Part shown: one piece after another, positions 1-12,400 of the stretch
Layout: each line of letters opens with the position of its first letter
How positions within the stretch are numbered: position 1 is the first letter of the stretch
Source of the DNA: Takakia lepidozioides
Taxonomy: Eukaryota > Plantae > Bryophyta
Length of the DNA: 64,000 nt
Direction of reading: 5' to 3'
NCBI GenBank assembly: GCA_030704615.1
Contig: CM060731.1
Location: 10,416,001 to 10,480,000 of the forward strand
Notes under the pieces: generated by a model
The model's database searches: none
Told to the model about the DNA's origin: nothing
What the model saw: only the letters and a program-made list of their open reading frames with translations
Translations under genes and position numbers: made by a program

Positions 1-1274
1 GATTTAATCGACATCCCCCAGATTGCTTGGCTACAAGTGATGCGATGCAATTTGACCCTTTCTCCAGGCAGTGGAGTAAGGTCAGTAGTATGTGTGTGCC
101 CCGCCGCAACTTCGCATGTGCTGTAATAGGTGGGAAGGTCTATGTGGCGGGTGGCTGCAGCTCTTCAGGGCCAAGCCCTCTGTCAGATGCAGAGGTGTAT
201 GACCCTTCTGAAGATAGGTGCGTGTATTTTGAATTCTTAGGGCTTGAGAAAGCTGTGCCTTTGTTGAAATTGGCGGTAGTGGACACAGGTCGCCTTTGAA
301 GTAGTAAGGCACCAGGCATGAATGACAGAACACAACTTGTACAGTCCCTAGTCTGACGGTAGGCCGAAGTAGAATAAGATGCACTCATTGATGGCACCCT
401 GCAAATATACTGGCCCTCTAAGAGCTGTGAGGGTTAAGACTCAGGCCAAATTGTCCTGGAGCTTGAGCATAGCAGATGGATCACTAGAATTGAGTGGTGA
501 AAAAATGGCTGGTAATGACATCATGCTAGACCATGCGATTGATTCTACCATCTTACCTTCCAATAGATGCCCACATGTGGCCTTTCTAAGTGTTGTATGA
601 AATAGGTGGCATTATAGGAGACAGACAAACACATATAAGAATGGCATGTGTGTAGATGTATAATTGGAGGTACTGTAGTGATAATTTCCCTCGCATGAAT
701 TTCTGCAGGTGGGAAGTGATAGCGCCAATGCCTGATGGGCGGGAGAATTGTGTTGGGGTTTCCTTATCAAATTTGTTCTATGTCATTGCCGGCCCTGCGG
801 AGAATCAGCCGGATCAACAAACAGTGGAGATCTACAATCCGGTACGGGCAACATGGTAACTCAGTTCATGATGTAGGGTTATTCTCACGACACAAGAAGC
901 CTTGCCCTGTTACAACCATGCATGGATCCATGTATGCATTAGATGTTTCGGACGGAAACATCATCAAAGTGTATGATTCTCAAGTGGGTGAGTGGGTCAG
1001 TATTGGTCCCATTCCAAAAATTGAAAAGGATTCCAAAGGTTTGAACTTCGGCCTCATTGGTCTGCGGGATGAGTTGTATGTGGTGGGTGGCATGGTGGTG
1101 AGACGGTTGGCCAATAATGGGCAATCCACAATGTGTGACATTGTGAGGTTGAATTCGGTGATTGCTTGTAACCCTACCATCGAAGGCAATAGTGTGACCT
1201 GGAGGCAGTTGAAACCTATGGGGGAGTCAAGAGGGGCAGTTCTGGGTTGTGCGGTTTTAGAGGAGAGTTGGTGA
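1..1274 (+). CDS. Kelch-repeat protein (likely F-box/Kelch), 3' part; exons <1-217 and 709-1274, with an apparent 1-bp frameshift at 857
   Basis: Kelch repeats are visible (FDPFSRQWSKVSSMCVPRRNFACAVIGGKVYVAGG...AEVYDPSEDR|WEVIAPMPDGRENCVGV; LYVVGG; WRQLKPM). GT..AG intron 218-708 joins in frame. TGG-T-AAC at 854-860 switches frame between ORFs 656-859 and 735-1274. The N-terminus lies outside the window. Confidence 0.85.
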
Positions 1275-3120
1275 AACATGGTCAAGCCTTCGTCTTCGAC
1301 GCACATACATCTTTTCTCTCTGGCTTAGTGCTTAACTCCTACCAGGGGTGCTCAAGAGAGCCACTTTTAGAGAGCCTGAAGGAGACCATGTATTGAAATG
1401 TGCGATGTGCAGTCTAGAAGGTGTGGCCTCCATGGCCTCTAATTTAATGTTGCTTGCTCGTTTTTGCACTCTTGGTGCAAGGTCCTTCAGCTAGGTAGCT
1501 CTGCTTAGTGTGCCTGTTGTTGTTGATAGCCGCCTGTAGTAAGTTAACCCTCAACCCTTCATCTCCCACGGTGGTTTTGAACGTTGTGGACAATTTGGTA
1601 CCTTGTTGAACTAAAATCATGCAACTTTTCACCACCATTCATCCGCTACTGAATTATTGTTAAAATCCCTAATGAAATGAGAAGAACCCAATAAGCCCCC
1701 TAACTGGGTTCAAATCTCCTGTTGGATGTCATAAAACACCAAAATGAACAAGATGCAATAGTGACGCAATGAGACTCATTTCCAGAAGGTCTGCACAATG
1801 ATAGCTTCCTACAAACTACAAGCTACAAGGTATTCACCTCTCTGAAGTCTCTTTGTCCCTCTGTTTCTCTCCTGCAAGTCCGTGTACCGTTGTGTCTCTT
1901 TAGTGCCGGGTTCAATTTTCTACTACCGTTCTTCTTCCCGGCACGAAGCAGTAGCGGGCAGTTATCGTCTTACACAACAGATCAGGTCAAAGATGTGGAT
2001 TGTTCGTTTCTAAGCTCGATCAAACCTTGCAAGAAATGAGCCTGATCTGCACATCGGCTTCGTACGGTAGGCAATACCCAGAGAAAGCCTAGAGGCTAGG
2101 AGGAAGGCGAGAAAGGAAAGAGCCGGTACCACGGCAGTGGTACACTAGTGTGTATCTCTATAGAATCAGTTGTACACTAGTGTACGTATGTACTGCGAAG
2201 GCGTTCACAAGCTTGTGATCCCATTGAAAGGGGTTCAACTCTTTGGGGACTGCATGTGTCTGCAAGGCGATGGCGTCTGTGTGAGGAGCACCTTCATCGC
2301 ATTCCCTAAAGTCAACTCTTATGATAGAACCGATGTTGTCCACATCTTTGGACAACTTCTTTCAGTGCAACCACCACATTCCTTCACGTACCCTGGGCAG
2401 CTTCCCACCAATTCAAGATTGGCCATACCTCTCTTTATTTGATTGTTGTACACAACTGCAGCACCATGCCTAGCAGATTATGTTAGATTGGGCTGGGGAA
2501 CCAGCCCCCTCGCGAGGTCGTTGCCTTTCCAGCATTGGACTCTTTTTGGCTCTCATCTATTTAGTACTTTTGGCAACTGTGGGGATTGACCAGCTCATTG
2601 ACTTGTATTGTAGCACTGCCGCCCTCCTTTCTGGTCTGCTATCACGCATCATGCAATACACCCTGCCCCTGTCTTTTGGAATGAAGATTGTTGTGTCTTT
2701 CTGTAGGCCTGCATCGATGTGAATTTGTTGTATAGGGGTAGGTCGATACGTGCATATGAGGCATGTGAAAGCCATATTTGGAAGTGCAACTTGTTTGGAA
2801 GGATGGAAGTGGTATCCCGGTGTCTGTCAGCAGCAACTTGCAGACAGTGCGAAAGACAAATTGAGGGGTGAGGTTCATTTCTAGTCTTATATCAAGAAAT
2901 CAACAGCGATGCAATGTGTACATGACTTTTCCTTCTTTTTATTCTCCCTTGGCCCCTTCTCGTGCCACCACCGGTAACATGCAGGAGGATGTGGTGATCA
3001 TGTACTCTTCATGCGCGACAAATCAAATCACAAGTGCAGTATTTGACATTCTACAAGAATCGTGATGCTTGTTCACACGCTACTGGAAACCCTGTACAGG
3101 AAACAATGTATAGTTCTTAA

Positions 3121-3916
3121 CCCTCAAGTTCCCAAGCCCTTTTTTGACTTTTTATCAATTTTGGGTACCCAGCTGCAGTAAATTGCCCCTAGAAACCTAC
3201 CAAAAATCATCCACAGATTCCAGCCTTATAGCAATGGGCCCAGCTCATTTATGCATGACATGCCAAAAAAGGAGCCAAGTCCACCGTGGAAATTGTGAGA
3301 TTATAGCGTTTGCCCGGACCTCAAATATCAGGTCCCAAATAAAAAGTGAGAAAGAAATTGGTTTGACCAAATTAAAACCTAGCTTTATCCAATTTTGCTT
3401 GCCCCAAGACCCACCATTTCCAAATCAATAGTGGAGTGGCTATGACCCAACTAAATTGCAGGTCCAACTGATTTTTTCACCTATGGTTGCTATTCATGCA
3501 ATTACATGGGGGTTGAAATCTCAAAATTGACAAGAGAAAATGTGCCTCCAAATGAAGTACTTTTTTTTCTACAAATTTTTTAAAAGCCAATGGTGGATGT
3601 GTGTATGTAATGCTCACACACCACAAGGTGAAGTGTTTTTTCCAAAATTGCTAATTTTCTGCCAAAAATGGCCTTTGGAGTGCAATCTGTTTTGGGCTTG
3701 TTTACCTGCCAGCCCTTTTCAGGCCCTAAAACGTAAATTAAAGATCTAAGATATTTTTTGTAAGTCACAGCTTTTGTTTTTTTTTAATTTTGTTTTTTCG
3801 AGACAAATCCTTGTCATTAAAGCTTCAGGAGGGGCCCCATCAGATTAGATCTGCAAAAATTAGGTCGAACTGCAAATTCAAAGTGACCCGATTCAGGTCG
3901 CTTGGGAACTTAAGGG
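3121..3916. mobile_element. Non-autonomous TIR element (MITE) with piggyBac-like ends
   Basis: 17-bp TIRs CCCTCAAGTTCCCAAGC ... GCTTGGGAACTTAAGGG (1 mismatch), flanked by TTAA at 3117-3120 and 3917-3920. AT-rich interior with no convincing ORF. Confidence 0.8.
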
Positions 3917-4259
3917 TTAATGATGCTATGTACATGTAGATTATAGTGAACCTTATAACTCATGTTAACATTTTTTTTTTTCCTCGGAGTAACATTTGCT
4001 TCCAACAATTTTCCATTATTGAAACGTTCAAGTCAATGAACCTCAAAAGGACAACATGAGGGAATGTCAGGCCATGAGCCTGCAAGCTTATGCTCACGCT
4101 TTGATGACATGAAGATTGTCCACGTGGCTAAATTCATGGCCCACCTCACGGCATCGGTGTCTATTCTCGTAGGGGCACTGAAGAGAGAGAAGACTCCGGC
4201 CGAAGCCGGCGTAACTAGCCTAAAGTGGAATGATTGAACTTAACCAAGCTTTGAAATTC

Positions 4260-5350
4260 AACAAACTCGGGGCCTACAAAAGTTGTTGTAGCATCTGTAT
4301 ACATAGCATAGATGATTGGCATATTTTCACTGCGGTGAAGAAATCAACTACAAAAGTGTGCAAACTTCATCAAGAAGTTAACTGCTCTGAGCAATGGTAG
4401 TACACAACATAGACCCAACAAAAAGTTCAATATCAACAAAGAGATCAAAGGTTGGAAGCTGCTTCGGCCTCCCCCATACTGTCCAAGACCATCTTGACAT
4501 ATACTCAACCATAACTACAACTGGTTTGAGCATACTAATCCACCGGGTCTTTATATTTCGAAGAATTTTGTTACCCTTGATTTACATCAACTCGGCTAGT
4601 TTTTGAACTCAAGATGACATTTTGGATTGTACACAAAATAAGAGTGCAAAGATTGAAACAAAGTTTCCAGCCGATTCACCAAGTTGAAGTCACTCAAAGT
4701 TTGGACTACCAAGTTGGTGCAATGGGCCATACAATGGACCCCCACCATGTGAGGAGCATCTTTCTGTTGTAGTTGCACAGTGACGCTTGTCCACAAGCCT
4801 TTAAAGACACTTACACCATCTGTGCCAAATGATACAAGACTTTCAACCAATTTCTCTCTGGTTAGACCTCCACCAATCAAAGAGGGCTTCATGAGTCTTT
4901 TCAATGCATCCGCATTTGCACCATCTATAAGTTTCTCCAATGTGAGCAATATGGGTATTCTGCGTCAATTTTACATGCAATAAACATGAATAGATGCCCA
5001 ATTTTGGTTGTCAATTGAGGTTACATGATCTCATGACACTGATATATACCTAGATGCCTTCACAACCTCCTTGGTGGCTTGCAAGATTTTCAAACCATGC
5101 ATTCCGGCCATCTCCCAGCCACTATTATTGGACAAGTGTTTGTTTGGAGTATTCTTTATTTTCAGCCGTTTGAAAAGATCTTTCAATCCCTCCTCGTGGG
5201 TTTGCCTTCATTAAATATGTCGAATTAAAACAACGACGAAATGGACCAACTGCCGCTTATCCTGGACCACCTCTCCAACAATTTGCATCTAAATCACTCA
5301 ATCCCTCAAGTAAGATGCATACAGGGCTTCATTCTTGAAATGTTGGCTCT
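4260..5350 (-). pseudogene. Degenerate hAT-family transposase fragment (ZNF862-like)
   Basis: ORF 4596-4949 has LVSFGTDGVSVFKG and VGVHCMAHCTNLVVQ (catalytic D region and CxxH motif). Flanking frames give VTSIDNQNWASIHVY and RNIKTRWISML. Multiple stops and frameshifts; ends approximate. Confidence 0.75.
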
Positions 5351-6459
5351 CTTTGTTGTAGTAAAACTTCTCCGTTGGTATTCTAGGCATGGCAACTGTT
5401 GCCTTCTTCTTACTAAGAGCATCTCCACGGTGTCATGGTACTTGCCCAAAAACGGCAATCTAGCGTGGTGGGGGTCCTAAAGAGGCTGCGCAGCTTGCTC
5501 CACAGTTGCCGGCCCGGTAGAATTGCTGCAGGCCAGTCACAAATCTGCATCCCTCACATCTTACATGGACCCCGCCAACCACTCTACATTAGATTTGCAC
5601 GTGCCAGCCAACCCAGCCATCAATTGCGCCCTCCAAAGATCCATTTCGATGCTCCAAGATTGTGATCGGCCTGCCAAGTTGTGATCAGGGCTATTTATGC
5701 CTATTTGTGCCGGGTCTTCTACCGTCTCAATGGTGGAGTGCCAAACCGTCCCCATAAAAAATACTGTCACCCCTGTAATCAGAATAAATAGCGTTTGATG
5801 GCCCTGCTCACCGTGAAGATGCTCTAACATGCTTGATTGAGGAGTCTAACTCAAGCACAAAGATTGTCTTCCCCATCATTTCTGGAGCACACCTAGCACT
5901 TTACAGCATGAATCATGCCATCTTCACCTATAACACTTTCTGCCCATATAAACCTAGCAACCCATACAATCTTGAACTTTCTATTTAGGTCATATTGGGC
6001 TTATTTCCACTTCTTGTTGCTAGGAGACGCCTCATCTATGGACAAAATCAAGAGAGCAAAGCTAGATTCACCAACAATGTGAGTGAATGCTTGGACTAAC
6101 ACCAGATGTTCCACCATCTAAAGGGATTCTTTGCGTGAAACAGTTTGCTACCGTTGTGCAACAGGCCTGCACTAGCTGAACTATTGTGGGATGCATTCGC
6201 CCTAGTTGAATGAGATAATCCTGGAAGCTTTTCAAGAACCCTATATAAAAAATGCCTTGGCGGCATTTCGGGTAGTAATTGAAGCGTCAATTAATTCATA
6301 TGACTAAGTACCTAGTGCTCCTTTGATCTGAAAGCAATGGTTGGTTATTGGCATCCAACCTACATATTCTGTATGGACAGGGCATTGCATCTCTTTAGTG
6401 TAGCAACTTCACTTCATACAGGCCGTCCATGGGCTCACAACTGCACACAGAAGTACAAA

Positions 6460-9400
6460 TCATGCATCGAAGTGAAAGAATATTCTAGCTCCTGAGAAAT
6501 TGAAATCAATAAGCTCCAGCTCAGTCAAGTAGTCGCCCACTCGCTTTGCTGCCTGCATTTCCCACCACCCCATTGGCCACCCTCAGATTACTAAGAAAAA
6601 AACCCAATAACGGAGATTCCGGAGAAGAGCCTTCCCTTTGTCGAAGTGCTGAAAGAATCTGAACCACTCACAGATATTTCTTTCTCGAGAGTAAAGTTGC
6701 CATCTCCACTTCGAAATCTGTAAGGAGCATCTGGACAAGAGCAAACATCAGAGCATTCACATGAGGCAAATGAAGAGATGGCCAAGGTCTCCCTCCCTCT
6801 AGCAGAAGGTGGGGAATACCAGCTGCATCTTGTGGGCATCTTCCTCAGATATTGATGCCAGCTTTTGGCTCCAAATTTGAAGCCCCAGAAGGCCACTGCC
6901 TATGTTGTCCATGTCGAGACTTTCCTCCAGATGTGCCCTCTCGGCCCTGTAGTGCTTCCTTGCAGTTTCAAACCAATGGAGTGAGTCGAACTGTTTATCT
7001 TGCCCTAGGACCTGTTCCCCCCAAAATAGCTCGTGTAAGCCACTTGTTACCTTTGTAGTCACATTGTTGGTTTGAATTCCAATACTATGTTATCTGTCAT
7101 CCATTTCATCCGTGCTGTTCTTCCGGTTTTGGGAGACAACAGTCATACAAAACATCCAAGGCAGGCTCATCATTGGAATAGCAAGAGACATGCAAACATC
7201 CGTGTCTTACAACCGCAAGCTATTCCTTTGAATATGGAATTTGAACAGTCCTTTAATGGACAAGGGTAAGGTAGCTGCGATACTCACTTTCAGCAGATAC
7301 GCAACTCCAAGTACAAAGCCATCGTCTGTGAAGAGGGCATCTGCAGAACTGCGGCCTCGTTTGAAGAGCTTAGCTTTTGCGTGCAACATTGCTTCAACAG
7401 CATTAACCATGAGTGCGGGCACAATGAGAAAGAACTCCCTTAAATGCAAATTATCATCACCACGCAGCTCCTGCTCCAAAACAGAAAGTCAGGGTCATCT
7501 GTACGCTTAACAAATAGATCATCTTTGGTACCCACATCCAGAACCAATGTTGGGTAAAAATCAGATACGTATCCTGGATGCCTGAAGGGGACAAGTATGG
7601 ACATGGAGCCCTTCATTGGCATGCCTATACAATGCTCAGAGGAGGACAAGAAAGAGCAGACTCAAACCAAGGAGCTGGTCCATTTAGTAAATCTCCGACA
7701 CTTACTTTTGAGTAAATTTCCATGAAATAAATGGTTCAAATCATGAGCAAGAAAAAGGATCAAACATACACTCTATACTGGATAGGGACATGTTTGTATC
7801 GCCATGGAGAATCACCGAACCTGTAGTGGGCAGTCCATGTGTAAGAAGAGTTCACAAACAAGTTACAGATGAACTGATTGATAAAATTCACTCAGACATT
7901 GGAAGCACCAGGGATCATGGAAAGAAGAGAACCACCTGAGAAAATACATTGACAAGGATACTAAAGTAATTTGTGCCATCAGCTGACATGTTTTGGCTCT
8001 CTAAGGCCATATCAAGGTGCTTGCCAGCCTTGACAGCCCCTGGTGCCATGCCCAGATCTTTCGAAGCTAGCTCAAAACTAATATTCTTCCCTTCTTGTAC
8101 AAATCTGTCACATCACGGAAACCAATTTTACTCACCTGAACCAATATGAACAGACATATCTAGTTCTCTTTAGGTCAGAGAAAGACGAGATGAGGGAGAA
8201 GAGAGCAAGAGAGAGAAACTCTCTCATCCAATGCATAACGCGACAAGCAAGCTATTATCCTATGATGCCAAAGTAGTAAGGAGCATATACAGTAGTGAAC
8301 CTTGCCATACGTACCCCAAAGCAGCGCTACAATAACTGAGGCCTCCCATGCGTACCATTCGCACAAATCCTAGTGCGTTTCCCATCTCTGCAACAAGCTG
8401 ACGGAACTGATCCAGGTAGCTGTGGCCACTTTCCGAGACCCCAAGTTTTTTGATGTCTTGGCTGAGCTTCTGAGCTCTCGCAACTGGATACTCTTTTCTC
8501 TCCGTTCCCTTATTTTCCTAACCGAAGATGTTCAACAGATGAATCAGTTTCTGCCTTCTCTATGTAGAAGTAAGATAAAACAGGAAGCAAAATCACTCCT
8601 CTAGACACCCAATCTGTGGACACTCCTCGCTTTCATTAACTGCTAGACCGGCACAAGTCACAGCCAAAAAATATGGGTTTTTATGCTAGTTCTTTCAATG
8701 TTTTTATCTACAGTCTTTCTTGAATAACACCAAATCCCATAACTATCTAGGAATCAAGGAGAAAAGGTCTCAGATGTGTGAACCTTGAAAAACCGACGCT
8801 CCTTGATTAGACGTGACTTTATGTGGTCGTCAAAGAGGAACTGAGAGAAAGCCACGAACTTTTGGGCAAGGTACTGGTATGTAAAGTTCACAGTAGTGCT
8901 GATGATACCGGTGCCATGAGTGCGAATGGAATTGGCCACATGCTTCACGCTGATCGTGTTGATATGTTTGCGATAGGAGGCATTTGTCAACCTCTCTATG
9001 AACACCTACATTCAAAGGCTCCCACTGTGACATCCAGTCGGTGACTTTGTCTTAGCTCTGTCCGAGGACAAAGACAAGATACACACGGTAAGCTCTGCCT
9101 GTCTTCCCTTCCCGTATTATGGTCATTCCCTGATCCATTTATCGGATGACTCACAAGGGACTTCACTGAAGCTGTGGATATTAAGAACACACTTGAATAA
9201 AACAACAGATTAAAGCAATGTGTCTAAGTGAACATATTGACAGTGTGTTTGAATGTAATCAGGGAAAATGCTGCTGCTACAGTTTACCAGATGTAAATCA
9301 ACCATGGTGAATGAAGACCTGGGTGTTGAGATTGTAGGTGTAGGACGCCACAAAGATGTGGATGTTGCGCATTACTTCAAGAACATCAACGCCCTGCTCC

Positions 9401-12400
9401 AGCGTTTGGCATGGCAAATGAATGTCATCCAGCTCTAGTCCATACTTTTGCTCAGCCAGCTGCCGCATTTCCCCATATGTCTGCACATTGGTGACATAGC
9501 TCTCAATAGTAATCCAAGCACGGACAGATACACAGAAGAGCCATAGAATGGACTGAGTGTATGGGAGCAGGAGTGAAGTGGTTGTCCATATGTGGAATAT
9601 ATCAATCGATCCTGCTCTCTGAACATTGGACACTTTGAAAAGACGCAGTCCCCAAGAGACAAATTCCCCTGGAGCCATTTTTGTGAAGCCGTTAGGATAT
9701 ATGAGATTCAACCTAGCCCTCGGCAAAGAAAAATCCAGTTACAGGCAAGTTCATGTATGCTGACGCAAACTGAGGACCATCTCGCACTTCTGCGAACCAC
9801 TCAAACTGGAGACAAATCTTCCTTGACACTGAACATCTGCAAAGCCTGAAATCAAAAGTCAGTTGGGACTGTAACATCCCACCAGCATTTGTATGCATGA
9901 ATGCTCAAGCAATGAAGTTGACTACAGTCAACACCATTCACAAGGTGCAAAAAAACTCTAGTTAGCAAGGAAACAAATACATACTATCAGTCAACTTCAC
10001 CTTCCAGTTATGGAGGGCAACTGCAGTGTGGTCATAGAATGCAGCATTAAGATAGCTCTCCACACGCCTTTTTATGTGTATGTACTTGGTTGCAAGCCGC
10101 AGAGGCTTTACTTGCAGAAAACATGATAAATCTCGAACCCCTGTCTGGAAACACACACCATAGCCATTAATTGCAATCACATGCTTAAGGAGTGTATGGA
10201 TTGGACAAATAAAAGTGAAGGCTTGAGAGGCAAAGGCTTTACAACACCATGACAAGCCTGGCAGACCACTCTGATGCACAAAGCATCACTCCATAGTCTT
10301 AATTGAAGGAAACCGAGTTTTTCACAACCATTCTGCCTAAGCATGTGCACAGCCCTTATCCTCCCCCCAGCTTGCAACATGCAGGAAGTGCAGACCAATA
10401 GTTCTTTGTCTCACCTTTACAAGCAGCCTGGTTGTCTAGTTGCTCTTTGTGAGTCATGCATTTGCGACACAAGCTCTTTGGGCTTTTTCCGGACATTGTG
10501 TTGTTTCTTTCTGTTGTTCTACTATATTGTTCTACTTGTCCCATGGGGCCTCTGTGAGTCCAGAACCCTCTGGCCCCAGAACGTGCTAGACAGCACTCCT
10601 AGCCTGAAGCTGTCATGATCTGGAGGTTGTAGAAGCTCTTGTTTCATTCTTTCATAAGCTCTCCCAGCTTCTCATGGACAACATGGAGTTTCTTCTTTCT
10701 TTCTCTTCATACATTCTACACCTAAACATAATGATCAATATGACACTTGTGTTTGCCACAGCCAATAAAGCAATTCCCTCGTGCGAAAGGGAAAGGGCAA
10801 GTCCAAACAAACATTAGCACCAAACCAGGAGCGTACGACATCTATGGCCAGGAGGGTATGTAATGGAAAAGAGAAATATATTACCAACACAAAGAAGGTC
10901 ATCACAATGAAGATATACCTTGGTAGGGTTGACATTGACACTACCCTTGAGATGGGCAGAGTGAACGTGCAGGCGCAGATCAGTCTCAACGTCACGACAG
11001 AGGGGTGCAATAACTTCCTGTGCTTCCCATTAAACAGTGGCCCCACAGCTTATCAGAGACCACTTCTACTCCTCAAGATGCACAAACACATCCCTGCAAA
11101 CACAAAGCCATGTACAAAAAGTGGAGCACCTACATTGGTGATGGTATCTTCCAGCTCTTTCTCATATGACTCAATTACACAGTCCTCAGCATTCCCTGCT
11201 TTGAGTAACCTGATGCCATCTTTGAATGCATTGATCACATACCTGTTCTAAACCCAAAGTCCACAGTCCCTTAGTATCAAGATCATCCATAAAAGTTCTA
11301 TGAGATGCCCTTCATCTTTTAGCCCAAACTAATGACTACAACAACGGGTATTTAGAAGTTGTGAGGTGAAACTCACTTAGTGTTACAGTCTGCCAACTTC
11401 ATCAAGATATGTAAAGGGATTGGTATGGGACATCTCCCTTAAGAGGTTCAGGCTTCTAATAAGTTACAACAAACATTCACTACGATGTGCTTTGTGTAAC
11501 ATACACAGATTGTCGCAGATTGTCGGTAGATGGATCACAAACAAGACATGAGAGCTGCAAGCATCGAAGAGTCCAAACTCCAAATGTAGGAACAGAACAG
11601 ATTCTTGCAGCCTACAATTGACATCCTGCTGACGTTGACTGAAGGACCATGATTCATTGAACGTACAGTGAGCTTGTTCACAGCCCAATAAAAGATTTGA
11701 AGGACAAATATCCAGTGCAAGGAAAGAACATACTGAAGGCTGTGGGCTTCACTGGTCTGTGCATAGAGCAAGGCAAAGCATGTAGGCATCATCTCTCTAC
11801 ACCAGTATAGAAGGCTGCAGTCAGTTGATGCATAAACGAGCTCCTGGATATCAGCTGCCATTTCCATTAGCATGCACATCTCCATTATCTCTGTTGCTGT
11901 CTCTTCTGGGAGCCTGCTTTGCTGAATGCAAAACCAACAGCACAACATTTTTTAGCTCTCTGTAAAGAACTTCAATATAGCACAACAACAGCCCTAGTGT
12001 ACTGAGACAGGTGTTCTAGTCTCGAAAAAATTAGATTGTAAACTAGGAGTTCTTTCGGAACCTGGAAGTTGGCCAGATGTAGTAAGCGTGCAAGAAGGAG
12101 CATTGACAAAAGATGGTACATACAATGCTGCACAGGACATCCAGAGAGAGGTGCAGAACAATGCGGCGGTGAATGCTTGCACAACCCTGCAGCATCTCCA
12201 AAGCAAGGTTCACCTGTCCCACCCACCCATTCAATCCATTGATGCTATTTCTGTGCCTCTCTCCAACATGTCCCTCCCCTTTATTGTCTTGCACGCTGTA
12301 TTTGCAATGTAAGTTGAACTCCTCAGCCTCTACCTTCAATATTGTGGCACTTGATCAATGGACCAAAGGATCAGGACCCCTGGTAATCTCTCCTTATTAG

